A stretch of 64,000 nucleotides of DNA from Gemmatimonadota bacterium (GTDB lineage Bacteria > JAAXHH01), in contig VXRC01000025.1 of assembly GCA_009838645.1 (NCBI GenBank), positions 19,173-83,172 of the forward strand, given 5' to 3'. The notes beneath the pieces were generated by a model that searched no databases, had not been told where the DNA came from, and saw only the letters and a list, made by a program, of their open reading frames with translations. This document shows, piece after piece, positions 9,286-18,942 of the stretch. Positions within the stretch are counted from its first letter, which is position 1, and each line of letters starts with the position of its first letter. A program made the position numbers and the translations under genes.

Positions 9286-9962
9286 TCCTCCACGATGTAC
9301 TCGAACAGCATGACGGACGCGACCAGGAAGACGACCGTGAACACCGAAAGCAGCCTGATCCAGTTCGTCATGTCCTGCCAGTCCCCGCCCTCGAAAGTGG
9401 TCCGCGTCGTTTCCACCAGCGCGATCAGCACCGGGGAGGCGACGGGCAGCAGCAGGACAGGCAGCATGACGTCCCGCATGCGCGTGTTGACGGCCACGGC
9501 CGCGAACAGGGTGGCGACGGACGAGAATCCGACGGTTCCCAGAAAGAAGATCACCAACAGTTTAGACAGATACGGCAGGATTGTCATGTTGAAAAACAGG
9601 ACGAAGAAGGGAAGCACCGCCAGCTGGACCAGGCCGATGAGCGTGACGTTGCCCAGCAGCTTGCCCAGGAAGATGGATCCCCGGTCGATGGGCGCGAGGA
9701 GCAGTCCTTCGAAGGTGCCGCGGTCTTTTTCCGGTGAAAAGGACCGGCTGGCGCTCAGCATGCCCGCGAAGGCGAAGGCCACCCAGATCATGCCGGGCGC
9801 CACCCGTTGAAGCACGTCCGCCCCCGCGTTGAAGGCGAAGTTGAAGATGATCACGACGATTAGCGAGAAGACGAACATGGTCACGACCCGCTCGCGGGTC
9901 CGGTATTCCACGAGCATGTCCTTGCGGTAGATTTGCCAGGACTGGGCGAGCATGGATCTCAT
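9282..9962 (-). CDS. ccmB: Heme exporter membrane subunit CcmB
   Basis: Six-TM pattern, E.DRGTFEGLLLAP, LLPVLLLPVASPVL; stop overlaps the ccmC start. Confidence 0.93.
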   Translation of the reverse strand: MRSMLAQSWQIYRKDMLVEYRTRERVVTMFVFSLIVVIIFNFAFNAGADVLQRVAPGMIWVAFAFAGMLSASRSFSPEKDRGTFEGLLLAPIDRGSIFLGKLLGNVTLIGLVQLAVLPFFVLFFNMTILPYLSKLLVIFFLGTVGFSSVATLFAAVAVNTRMRDVMLPVLLLPVASPVLIALVETTRTTFEGGDWQDMTNWIRLLSVFTVVFLVASVMLFEYIVEE

Positions 9963-10016
9963 CGTTGTGGTAACTCCCTTTACGTGTCCGAACCCGGCGG
10001 GCCGGGCGGGCCGGCC

Positions 10017-10817
10017 CTACACCGCGTGATCGCGGTAGGTCTGTTCGAAATCCGATGCGGACAGCTCGCTCGTCTCGGCCTCGAACACCAGGCGTCCATG
10101 GTTCAGGATGGCGACGCGGTCGGCGGATTCCAGTCCACGGACCAGGTCGTGCGTCACCAGGAGGATCGTCTTGTTCCGGGCGGTCAGGACCGTCTTGAGC
10201 ATGACCATCGCGTCCTGGTCCAGTCCCGAGTAGGGCTCGTCGAGCAACAGGATATCTGGATCGTGCAACAGGGCGCGGGCCAGGGCTACCCGCTGGCGCA
10301 TGCCGCGCGATAGCGTCCGTACCGGACTCCCCGAACGGGCCTCCATGCCCACCGTCTGCAGCAGTGAACCAATCCGCTCCTCGCGGTTTTCCACCCCGAA
10401 GAGCCTCCCGTAGAACCGCAGGTTCTCCAGCACGGTCAGTTCGTCGTAGAGATAGGTCTGGTAGGACAGCGCGCCGATGCGCTTCCCCAGGTCTTCGTCG
10501 CGGTCCTTCGTGATTTCCTCACCGTCCAGGAACACCTGGCCGCGGGATGGGCGCACGAGCCCGGCAATGATGCCCAGCAGGGTCGACTTTCCCGCGCCGT
10601 TGGGACCGAACAGGGCCAGGAAGGATCCCGGGGCCACGTCCAGGTCCACCCGGTGCAGGGCCCGGAAACGCCCGTAGGACTTCGTCAGTTGGCGGACGCT
10701 GATTCCAGGGGCGCCAGTAGCGCCAGGGATGCCAGGGGACCCGGCGACGCCGGTCGTGCCGGGAGCGCCGGTGACACTGGAGGTGCCAGCGAGGTCCGAG
10801 GCGGATCGATCACCCAT
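10017..10817 (-). CDS. ccmA: Heme ABC exporter ATP-binding subunit CcmA (start re-called at 10817)
   Basis: GPNGAGKST, LSRGMRQR, LLDEP; low-complexity Gly/Ala/Pro N-terminal extension. Confidence 0.9.
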   Translation of the reverse strand: MGDRSASDLAGTSSVTGAPGTTGVAGSPGIPGATGAPGISVRQLTKSYGRFRALHRVDLDVAPGSFLALFGPNGAGKSTLLGIIAGLVRPSRGQVFLDGEEITKDRDEDLGKRIGALSYQTYLYDELTVLENLRFYGRLFGVENREERIGSLLQTVGMEARSGSPVRTLSRGMRQRVALARALLHDPDILLLDEPYSGLDQDAMVMLKTVLTARNKTILLVTHDLVRGLESADRVAILNHGRLVFEAETSELSASDFEQTYRDHAV

Positions 10818-11997
10818 CTCCGCTCCCGGGTTGGCGCAGCCGGAGCGCCCGGTCCTTGAGGCGGGCACGGCGGGTCCTGTAGGCGTCCGGGTCCAGTCCT
10901 CCCGCCGCGAACTGGTCGTCCAGGGCGGCAAGGGCCTGGACGATCGCGGCGTACTTGCGTTCGTCCTCCGGCGAGAGATCGCTGAGGGCGGGCGGTTCGT
11001 CCGGCTGATCGGGCTTGACGCGGATGCCCACCACCAGCCCCGCGGCCACGATGAGCACCACGAATCCGAGCATCCCCCACTTCATGACGTCCTGCCAGGC
11101 CAGCACGCGGGGGAAGGCGACCTCCACCGACATGCCCCTGCCCACGCCCACGCGGTTCGAAAGCAGCAGGTACTCATCGTTGGCAATCTGCTGCACGCCG
11201 TCGTTAGTCAGGTTGGTGGCCGTCACCGTCTGACTGCTTGGTGAAACCAGCACCTGGACGCGTTCGACGTCATAGTCCATCTGCCTGTTGAACCGGTGAT
11301 CGATGGACGCCCGGTCCACGTTGTATGCGTATACGATACGCGAGACCCCGGGAGGCACGGGCGCCGAGAAAAGAAGGCCGCGCTCGGTGTGCTGAAGCCC
11401 TTCCATCATCGGCTGCAGTCCGAAGGCGGCCGCGGGCAGGTTATAGACGAGACCCAGCCCCACGCCGGGCGGCGGCGCGAAGGTGAGGATGCCCCGGTTC
11501 TCTACCACGATGATCTCCGTGAGGTTCAGGATCTCGGGTCCGGCATCGATGACCAGGTGGACCGCGCTGTGGACCAGGGCCGATTCGTCGGTCGTGATGT
11601 CGAAGACCTGCAGCAGGGTGTCTACGCGGCCGGCGCCCGGTACGAGGGGAATGTGGCCGGTCAGGTAGGGAATCTCCAGGTATCGGGTGGCGATCACGTA
11701 ATGCGACCCGTCGGCCCTCAGTCCGGTGAATTCGTAACGCCCGTCGCCGTCGGTAACGACCCTCGCAAGGGTCTGGTCCGGGCCCTCTTCGGCGCTATGA
11801 TTCAGCAGCACCACCTCGTGTCCCGCCATCGGCTGGCCCGTCGTGCCGTTCACGACGGTGAGCCCGATGCTGCCCGTTCCCTGGGCCTGCGCGGTCCGGA
11901 CCGGACAGAACACGCAGACCGCCAGGGCGGCCCAGGCCACCAGGAGTGCACCAAAAACAAAAAGCCCCGAAGGGCTCGCGGGCGGGCGATGCTTCAT
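10810..11997 (-). CDS. Membrane protein with carboxypeptidase-regulatory-like beta-sandwich, C-terminal TM and CcmI-like cytoplasmic tail
   Basis: Signal/TM, VVNGTTGQP...TDGDGRYEF, TM near C-terminus, tail AIVQALAALDDQFAAGGLDPDAY; start re-called at MKHRPP. Confidence 0.6.
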   Translation of the reverse strand: MKHRPPASPSGLFVFGALLVAWAALAVCVFCPVRTAQAQGTGSIGLTVVNGTTGQPMAGHEVVLLNHSAEEGPDQTLARVVTDGDGRYEFTGLRADGSHYVIATRYLEIPYLTGHIPLVPGAGRVDTLLQVFDITTDESALVHSAVHLVIDAGPEILNLTEIIVVENRGILTFAPPPGVGLGLVYNLPAAAFGLQPMMEGLQHTERGLLFSAPVPPGVSRIVYAYNVDRASIDHRFNRQMDYDVERVQVLVSPSSQTVTATNLTNDGVQQIANDEYLLLSNRVGVGRGMSVEVAFPRVLAWQDVMKWGMLGFVVLIVAAGLVVGIRVKPDQPDEPPALSDLSPEDERKYAAIVQALAALDDQFAAGGLDPDAYRTRRARLKDRALRLRQPGSGDG

Positions 11998-12007
11998 GAG
12001 ATCACCA

Positions 12008-12688
12008 CTAGGACAGTTTGCCTCCGCACTGGGCGCAGAACCTGGCCGATGCCGGGTTTTCGGCGCCGCAACCTGCGCAGGTGACAACTTTCAGCGAAGC
12101 GCCGCACCCGATGCAGAATCTGGCGGACTGCTCGTTGGCCGTGCGGCAGATCCTGCATTCCTGGACGCGAGCGGACGGAACGGGCGGTGCATCCCGGGCG
12201 GGCGCGTCTGCAGCGGGGGCGTGTTCGGCTGCTCGCACATTTTCATCGGGCGCATCAACGGCGGCCAGGTCACCAGCGGCCTCGTCTTCGGCTGCATTCT
12301 CTTCCGCCGCCTCGTCATCGACGGTCACGGGTTCGCCGGACGCCGGCTCTCGGCCTCGCCGGATCTCCCGCACCGCCTCCTCGATCTGCTCCTCCACGGG
12401 AAGGTCGCTGACGGCGGTCCGGTCCAACTCGTCCAGCACGTCCGACGCTTCCTTCATGTACTCCTGCCGGAGCGCCTCGTGATCCTCGGCGGCCAGCTTG
12501 CCCATGTTGTAGTCGATATTCAGTTCGCGGATGGAAGAATAGATGAAATCCTTCTTCTTCAGCAGGTCGTCCCGGCGGGACCCGGCGGACCTGGCAATCC
12601 CGGGGCGGCGGACCGAACCGTCCAGCATCGGACTGATCATGTAGGCGAGGACGCCCAGCGCGAGCAGCCCGCACGCAATCAGTGTCAT
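12008..12688 (-). CDS. CcmI-like N-terminal anchor plus acidic linker and double zinc-ribbon domain
   Basis: TM then IYSSIRELNIDYNMGKL..EDH..LRQEY; C-terminal CxxC-CxxC twice. Confidence 0.7.
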   Translation of the reverse strand: MTLIACGLLALGVLAYMISPMLDGSVRRPGIARSAGSRRDDLLKKKDFIYSSIRELNIDYNMGKLAAEDHEALRQEYMKEASDVLDELDRTAVSDLPVEEQIEEAVREIRRGREPASGEPVTVDDEAAEENAAEDEAAGDLAAVDAPDENVRAAEHAPAADAPARDAPPVPSARVQECRICRTANEQSARFCIGCGASLKVVTCAGCGAENPASARFCAQCGGKLS

Positions 12689-12697
12689 GGTCTAAGG

Positions 12698-12753
12698 CCG
12701 GCTCCTCTCGTGCGCGGCACGGCTGAACCGGTTCCTCTCGTGCGCGGTACGGC
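12698..12753. repeat. Imperfect 26-bp direct repeat (30-bp period) in the ccmE downstream spacer
   Basis: CCGGCTCCTCTCGTGCGCGGCACGGC / CCGGTTCCTCTCGTGCGCGGTACGGC. Confidence 0.75.
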
Positions 12754-12773
12754 CGGACCGGAACGCCGGCCGG

Positions 12774-13247
12774 CTAGGATTGGGGAAGCGGTTCCGGCGA
12801 CTGCGGCTCGGTCTGCTCATACTGGCCGTATCCCCCCTCGGCCTCGTACTTGGACGGACACTTGGCATACAGCGTATGGGCGGTGAAAGTGCCGTCCCGG
12901 CCGTATCCGCCCTCCACGACCACTTCCGAATCGTCCTTGAAGGTGTCCGGGACTACGCCGGTGTAGACGACGGGGGCCTCGACACCGCCCTCGTGGGCGA
13001 CGAAACGGATGCGCATGGTGCCCACCTCGTCGCGCTGGATCGACCCGTTCACGACCTTGCCGTGCAGGCGCATGTTCTCGTCGTAGGCCACGTCGCCCGT
13101 TGCCACGGCGGCCTTCAGTTCGCTCACGGTGAGGTAGTACATGGTCGCGTCGGTCGCACCGGTATAGATCAGGTAACCGATGGCGGCGATCACCAGGCCG
13201 AAGCCCACCAGGAACTTTCGCTGCTTCTTCCGCTTGCGTTCTTTCAT
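12774..13247 (-). CDS. ccmE: Heme chaperone CcmE, Cys-type (CxxxY)
   Basis: TM anchor, YYLTVSEL, VPDTFK...VVVEG, LYAKCPSKY; start re-called at MKERKRKKQ. Confidence 0.92.
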   Translation of the reverse strand: MKERKRKKQRKFLVGFGLVIAAIGYLIYTGATDATMYYLTVSELKAAVATGDVAYDENMRLHGKVVNGSIQRDEVGTMRIRFVAHEGGVEAPVVYTGVVPDTFKDDSEVVVEGGYGRDGTFTAHTLYAKCPSKYEAEGGYGQYEQTEPQSPEPLPQS

Positions 13248-13408
13248 GGCTTGCTCCTGCTGTTTTCCTGAATTGCTCGACCCCCGCAATATAGGCCATA
13301 CGGTCCGTTTCGGCAAGCACAATCTGGTCCGGAGCATACGCCCGCGACCGCTCGTGTGCAGAGGTCTTGGGCTGCGAGATCACCGGCCCGGCGCGGGGGT
13401 AAATGTGC

Positions 13409-13437
13409 TTGACTATCGCCCCGGCCGCGCCTACCTT
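13409..13437 (+). promoter_or_regulatory. Possible sigma70 promoter for the MoxR operon
   Basis: TTGACT-17 nt-TACCTT. Confidence 0.5.
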
Positions 13438-13540
13438 ACGCCGGAGTCGACGCCCTTTGGAATCACGTCCGGAGATCATGGCGCCTGCCCCGTAACCACC
13501 CGTTTTCGCGCCCCGATTCGTCTTTGTCTTCAGGAGCATC

Positions 13541-14458
13541 ATGACCGCTTTCACGTCTGCCCAGGATGTCTTCCAACGCTTCGAAGCCCAGCACTATATC
13601 TGCGGACCCGACCTGGCCACGCCCGTGTTCCTCATGGAGCGGCTCGAGAAGCCGCTGCTGGTAGAGGGACCGCCCGGCGTGGGGAAGACGGAGATCGCGA
13701 AGATGCTCGCCGGCGCGCTGGACCGCCGCCTGATCCGCCTTCAGTGCTACGAGGGGCTGGACGAATCCAAGGCCCTCTACGAATGGGAATACACCAAGCA
13801 GCTGCTGTACACGCAAATGCTTAAGGACCGCATCGGCGAACTGCTGAAGAGTACGGACACGCTCGGCAACGCGGTGGAGACGCTCAACCGGGAGGACAGC
13901 GCCTTCTTCTCCCGTAATTTCCTGCTGCCGCGCCCCCTGCTCGAAGCGATTCTCGCGCCGCAACCCGTCGTCCTCCTGGTCGACGAGATCGACCGGTCGG
14001 ACGATGAATTCGAGAGCTTCCTTCTGGAGGTGCTGAGCGATTTCCAGGTCAGCATCCCGGAACTCGGCACTCTGACCGCGGCCCAACGCCCCCTCGTGGT
14101 GTTGACGAGCAACGCCAACCGTACGCTTTCCGAGGCGCTCAGACGGCGGTGCCTGTATCTTTACATCAACTATCCCTCCCTCGAGCAGGAGGTCCGGATC
14201 GTCCTTCGCAAGACTCCGGGCATCGACGAGGAGCTGGCCAACCAGGTCGTCCGGTTCGTCCAGAAGATCAGGACGCTCAACATGCGCAAGCCCCCGAGCA
14301 TCGCCGAAACGATCGACTGGGCGCTGGCACTGGTGGTCCTGAACGCCCAGCACCTCTCGCGCGACATCCTTTCGAGCACGCTGAACGTCCTGATGAAGGA
14401 CCGGGAGGACATCGAAAGGATCATGCGGGACGGCTACCATGATCAAGCGGCTGGTTGA
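13541..14458 (+). CDS. MoxR-family AAA+ ATPase (CoxD-like)
   Basis: LLVEGPPGVGKT, RLQCYEGLD, LLVDEIDR, LTSNANR..SEALRRRC. Confidence 0.9.
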   Translation: MTAFTSAQDVFQRFEAQHYICGPDLATPVFLMERLEKPLLVEGPPGVGKTEIAKMLAGALDRRLIRLQCYEGLDESKALYEWEYTKQLLYTQMLKDRIGELLKSTDTLGNAVETLNREDSAFFSRNFLLPRPLLEAILAPQPVVLLVDEIDRSDDEFESFLLEVLSDFQVSIPELGTLTAAQRPLVVLTSNANRTLSEALRRRCLYLYINYPSLEQEVRIVLRKTPGIDEELANQVVRFVQKIRTLNMRKPPSIAETIDWALALVVLNAQHLSRDILSSTLNVLMKDREDIERIMRDGYHDQAAG

Positions 14459-15674
14459 ATTCGCCAGGCTGCTCAGGCAATCCGGCGTACGCGTATCCAT
14501 GGCCGAGACCCTGGACGCCGCCGAAGTCCTCCGTCACGCGCAGGTCACCGAACGGCCGGCCTTCAAGGCGTCCCTGCGGTCCACCCTGGTCAAGACCCGC
14601 GAGGACATCCCCGCCTTCGACGAGGCCTTCGAACGGTTCTTCCTGGTCCAGGTGGGCGAAGACGCGGAGGAGCTCGACGATCCCTGCGGGGAAACCGAAG
14701 GGCCGCCCGACGGCCAGCCCGACCTCGACGACGGGCAGGACGAGGGGGACCAGGATATCAGGCGTCTCCAGGAAGAGCAGGGCGAGGCCGTGGCGGGGGA
14801 CGGGGAAGGAGACCCCGCGGACGGAGATGATACCGAGGAACTCGAAGGCGAACTGGAGCGGATGCTCGCCCGCGTGCAGGTGGGTGAGCAGGCGTCCGAC
14901 GCGGTCACCGAGCCCGGCACGCAGCCGAACCAGCAGGCGGAGGACGTCGACCTCTACCAGGAACTGCCTCCGGGTGACGTCGAGAACCTGTACGAGGCGG
15001 TGGAGGAACTCGCCCGGAACCTGGTGACGCGCAAGTCTCTGCGTTTCAGGAAGTCGCGCCATGGCCGGGTGGACATCAAGAAGACGATCCAGCGGAGTTT
15101 CCGCACGGGAAACCTGCCCTTTCACATCATCTACAAGCACCGCAAGATCAAGAAGAACGAACTGGTCGTGCTGTGCGACGTGTCGGGATCGGTCTGGGAG
15201 GTCGCCCGGTTCTTCATCAAGCTGGTCCACGAAATGCAGAACCAGTTCAGCCGGGCCCGGAGCTTCCTCTTCGTGGACCGGATCAACGAGGTGACCGACG
15301 AGTTCGACCGCAGGCCCTTCGAAGAGATCGTCGAGAACATGAAGGACGACCACGCGCTGAATTTCTTCGGGCTGAGCGATTTCGGCAGGGCCTTCTACCA
15401 GTTCCACGACGAACACCTGCTCTCCCTCTCGCGGGATACGGTGCTCGTCATCCTGGGCGACGCGCGGACCAACTGGTTCGACCCCCAGGACTGGGTGCTG
15501 GGTGAGATCCAGGGAAGGGTCCACCAGACGATCTGGCTGAACCCCGAGCCCGTGCAGTACTGGGACACCGACGATTCCGTCATGTCCAGGTACAGCCCGC
15601 ACTGCGATCACGTGCTGGAATGCCGGAACCTGGCCCAGCTCCAGGATGTCGGTGAACTGATCCTCAGGGCGTGA
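14439..15674 (+). CDS. VWA-domain protein, CoxE-like
   Basis: LRQSGVRVS N-terminus, LVVLCDVSGS MIDAS, ILGDARTN, IWLNPE. Confidence 0.88.
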   Translation: MIKRLVEFARLLRQSGVRVSMAETLDAAEVLRHAQVTERPAFKASLRSTLVKTREDIPAFDEAFERFFLVQVGEDAEELDDPCGETEGPPDGQPDLDDGQDEGDQDIRRLQEEQGEAVAGDGEGDPADGDDTEELEGELERMLARVQVGEQASDAVTEPGTQPNQQAEDVDLYQELPPGDVENLYEAVEELARNLVTRKSLRFRKSRHGRVDIKKTIQRSFRTGNLPFHIIYKHRKIKKNELVVLCDVSGSVWEVARFFIKLVHEMQNQFSRARSFLFVDRINEVTDEFDRRPFEEIVENMKDDHALNFFGLSDFGRAFYQFHDEHLLSLSRDTVLVILGDARTNWFDPQDWVLGEIQGRVHQTIWLNPEPVQYWDTDDSVMSRYSPHCDHVLECRNLAQLQDVGELILRA

Positions 15675-15692
15675 GCCCGATCGGATACAAAA

Positions 15693-16484
15693 ATGAAACA
15701 CGCCCGCATTCCAAAAAGCATCGGAATGGCCCTGGCGGTCTGCCTGGCCTGCCTGGCCGGCGTGGCGCTGTGGACGGCCCGCGGCAGCGGAGATTCCGGC
15801 CACGACCTCTTCCTGCGCAATGATTTTACTTTCGGCCGGGTCGTGTACCAGAACTCCGGCGGGTTCTACCGGGGATGGGGATGGGGGCGGTGGTCGGTGG
15901 ATTTCCCGTCGGCCGACGCCAACGTGATCCGCGCCCTGCGGGCCACGACCTCCCTCAAGATAAACGAACCGCAGGCCGTGGAGCTGACGGACCCCGATCT
16001 GTTCGATATTCCCTTCCTGTATATCCTGGAAGTCGGATCCTTGCAGTTCAGCCAGGAGGAAGTGGACGCCCTGCGGGAGTACCTGCTGCGCGGCGGATTC
16101 CTGATGGTGGACGATTTCCACGGATCGCGCCAGTGGGCGGTATGGGAATCGCAAATGAAGCGGGTATTTCCCGAACGCGACATCGAGGAAGTCCCCGCGG
16201 GCCACGCGATATTCCACTGCTACTACGATTTCGACGAGTATCCCCTGGTGCCCGGTACCGCGGCCCTGTGGAGACCGGGCAACTACGAGCGGGACGGTGC
16301 GTTGTACGGCCACCGGCTGCGGGGCATAACCGATGACGGCGGCAGGCTCATGGTGCTGATGAACTGGAACGCGGACCTGGGCGACGGATGGGAACACGCG
16401 GCCGATCCAGGGTACCCGCGCGCGTATTCCGTGATCGCGTACCGGCTTGCCGTGAACTACGCCATCTACGCGATGACGCACTGA
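15693..16484 (+). CDS. DUF4159-domain protein
   Basis: W..D.PSAD.N, LFDIPFLY, LREYLLRGGFLMVDDF, DLGDGWE, NYAIYAMTH. Confidence 0.8.
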   Translation: MKHARIPKSIGMALAVCLACLAGVALWTARGSGDSGHDLFLRNDFTFGRVVYQNSGGFYRGWGWGRWSVDFPSADANVIRALRATTSLKINEPQAVELTDPDLFDIPFLYILEVGSLQFSQEEVDALREYLLRGGFLMVDDFHGSRQWAVWESQMKRVFPERDIEEVPAGHAIFHCYYDFDEYPLVPGTAALWRPGNYERDGALYGHRLRGITDDGGRLMVLMNWNADLGDGWEHAADPGYPRAYSVIAYRLAVNYAIYAMTH

Positions 16485-16576
16485 GCGGCGACGGGGTGCC
16501 CGGCGGTTCGTTGGGGGGCCGCCCGGTGGCATAGCCCTGGGGGAAAGTGGATCTATGCGACCGACCTGAAGACTTG

Positions 16577-17629
16577 TTAAGCAGTTGAGGTCAGCTGCTT
16601 CAGCGCGACCGTCAATACCTCGACGGAGCGCAGGTACTCTTCCAGGACGATGTGCTCGTCCGGCGTATGGTCCAGGCTGGAGTCGCCGGGTCCGTAGGCC
16701 GCGATCGGGCACTTCCAGGCCGGTCCGACGATACACATGTCCGACGTGCCCGTCTTCTTCTTGAAGGTCGGCCGGCCGCCTTTCTGGCGGATACCCCGCA
16801 ACAGCGCCCGGATCAGCGCCGTGTTCTTAGCGGCGACCACGCCCGGCAGCCGCTGGTCGCATTCGATCTCCGCCGGGCCCGCCTGTTCCATCACGAAACC
16901 GATCAAACTTTCCAGGTCGTAACCGGGCGGCACGCGCACCGAGAAGTACGCCTCGACGCCCTCGGTCAATCCCTCGTCCGTAGTGTTGAATCGTCTCAAC
17001 TCGAGCCGGGGCGACCCGAATTCGCTTCCCGTGGCCTGGTCGGCGACGCGGGCTTGCATGGCGTTGTACAGGTCGATCGCCCGTTCGGCGGCGCGCCTGT
17101 GGTCGCCGGCGTGATGGGCGTTGGGCTGCTCGAGGCGATAGTCGAACCCCACATGGCCCTTGTACCCGATGGTGACGCTGTCCCAGCCGCTCGGTTCGCC
17201 GATGAATACGCAGTCGGGACGCATGCGGTCCACCAGGTGGCGGGCGCCCTTCGAGGTGGGGCATTCCTCCTCCACGGCGCCGACGACGGTGATCCGGCCG
17301 CCGGTGGTTTCCGTGAGCCGGCTCGCGGCGGCGGCGAAGGCGGCCAGGGGACCCTTGGCGTCCACCGTGCCGCGGCCGTAGAGCCTGCCCGATTCCTCCC
17401 GGATAGGAACGATCCCGGGTACCGTGTCAATATGCCCGATCAGGGCAATGTGCGGTTCGCCGCGGCCAATCTCGCCCACCGCGTTCCCGGCCTCGTCCAC
17501 GCGGGCGCGGAGGCCCCGACGATCCATGGCGTCCACCAGGCAGGAAACGGCCTCGCCCTCCTGCGTGGAAGGGCTGTACCGCTCGACCAGGTCCCGCAGC
17601 AGCGCGATGTCGTCACGGGCGGTACTCAT
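16577..17629 (-). CDS. lysK: [LysW]-lysine hydrolase (M20 family)
   Basis: LIGHIDTVPG, GRGTVDAKG, VEEE, GTSDM, YGPGDSSLDHTPDE; last gene of the LysW operon. Confidence 0.92.
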   Translation of the reverse strand: MSTARDDIALLRDLVERYSPSTQEGEAVSCLVDAMDRRGLRARVDEAGNAVGEIGRGEPHIALIGHIDTVPGIVPIREESGRLYGRGTVDAKGPLAAFAAAASRLTETTGGRITVVGAVEEECPTSKGARHLVDRMRPDCVFIGEPSGWDSVTIGYKGHVGFDYRLEQPNAHHAGDHRRAAERAIDLYNAMQARVADQATGSEFGSPRLELRRFNTTDEGLTEGVEAYFSVRVPPGYDLESLIGFVMEQAGPAEIECDQRLPGVVAAKNTALIRALLRGIRQKGGRPTFKKKTGTSDMCIVGPAWKCPIAAYGPGDSSLDHTPDEHIVLEEYLRSVEVLTVALKQLTSTA

Positions 17630-18799
17630 TTAAGCCTCCAACGATCCCAGCACCGCGCCCACGGTCTCTACGACCCGGTCGATCTCCTCCCTGGTAATCG
17701 ACAGGGGCGGGAGGAAGCGCAGCACCGTGTTGCCCGCGGGCAGGGCCATCACGCCGCGTTCCATGAGTCCGCGGAGGACGGGGGTGACCCGTCCCTTCAT
17801 CTCGACGCCGATGATCAGGCCCATGCCCCTGATCTCCCGGACGAAAGGCGCGTCCAGTGCCGCGAGGGCATCCCGGAAATACGCGCCGTTCTCCCGGGCG
17901 TTCTCGATGAGTCCTTCCTCCTCCAGCACGCGCAGCGTGGCCAGGCCGGCCGCGCAGACCACCGGACCGCCACCGAAGGTGTTGCCGTGGGACATGGCGG
18001 GGACGCCCCGGACCGTTTCGGCGCAGAGCGTCGCGCCCACGGGCAGGCCGCCGGCCATGGCCTTGGCCAGGCAGAGCATGTCCGGCCGGAGATCCTGGTG
18101 CTCGCAGGCGAACATGGCACCGGTCCGGCCGAATCCGGTCTGCACTTCGTCCACGATGAACAGGGCGCCGCGCTCCCGGCACAGGCCCGCCACGCGGTTC
18201 AGATACGCGCCGTCGCCGATGCGGACGCCGCCCTCGCCCTGCACCGCTTCCAGGATCACCGCCGCCGTCCCGTCGCCGATGGATTCCTCCATGGCGGAGG
18301 CATCGTTGTATTTCACGTGGGTGAAACCGGGAACGAGGGGTTCGAAGGGAGCGCGGTACTTGGGGTTCCAGGTCGCGCTCAGGGCCCCGAAGGTACGTCC
18401 GTGAAATCCGCGCTGGGCCGCGATGATGCCGGTCCGCCCCGTGGCGACACGGGCGAATTTAAGCGCCGCCTCCACCGCCTCCGTACCCGAATTGCAAAGG
18501 AAGAGCCGGTCCAGCCCCTCCGGGGCGACCCGGGTCAGGGCCGTGGCCAGTTCCGCCCGGAGGTCGTTGTAGAAGGTGTCTGGACAGATCACGAGCCGCT
18601 CCGCCTGCCGCGCGATCGCCTCCGTCACGGCCGGATGGCAGTGGCCTACGTTGGCCGTGCCGATCCCGCCGATGCAATCGATGTACTCCTTGCCGTCACT
18701 GTCCCAGAGGCGGGCGCCGCTGCCCCGGACGATCACCACGTCCCGCTTGGGCAGAATGCCCATCGACGCCTGGTTTTCCAGAGCCTGGTAGTCAGTCAT
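17630..18799 (-). CDS. lysJ: [LysW]-aminoadipate semialdehyde transaminase (class III)
   Basis: YIDCIGGIG, CNSGTEAVE, FHGRT, DEVQTGFGRTG, LAKAMAGG; start re-called at MTDYQALE. Confidence 0.9.
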   Translation of the reverse strand: MTDYQALENQASMGILPKRDVVIVRGSGARLWDSDGKEYIDCIGGIGTANVGHCHPAVTEAIARQAERLVICPDTFYNDLRAELATALTRVAPEGLDRLFLCNSGTEAVEAALKFARVATGRTGIIAAQRGFHGRTFGALSATWNPKYRAPFEPLVPGFTHVKYNDASAMEESIGDGTAAVILEAVQGEGGVRIGDGAYLNRVAGLCRERGALFIVDEVQTGFGRTGAMFACEHQDLRPDMLCLAKAMAGGLPVGATLCAETVRGVPAMSHGNTFGGGPVVCAAGLATLRVLEEEGLIENARENGAYFRDALAALDAPFVREIRGMGLIIGVEMKGRVTPVLRGLMERGVMALPAGNTVLRFLPPLSITREEIDRVVETVGAVLGSLEA

Positions 18800-18942
18800 T
18801 TTTCGCTCCGATTTACGATTTCGTATCGCCTCGAGTCGTCCTGCGCGGTGCGCTGGGTTCCCCGGATGGCCGCTTCGTTCGGCCGCCGCTGTCCGATCAT
18901 TCTTCTCCGCGGCCACAACGCGATCGTTCTGTCCGGCGGCCG

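Noticed and set aside
18309-18324. parS-like TTTCACGTGG in lysJ
   Set aside because: Only a half-site; the flanks are not palindromic.
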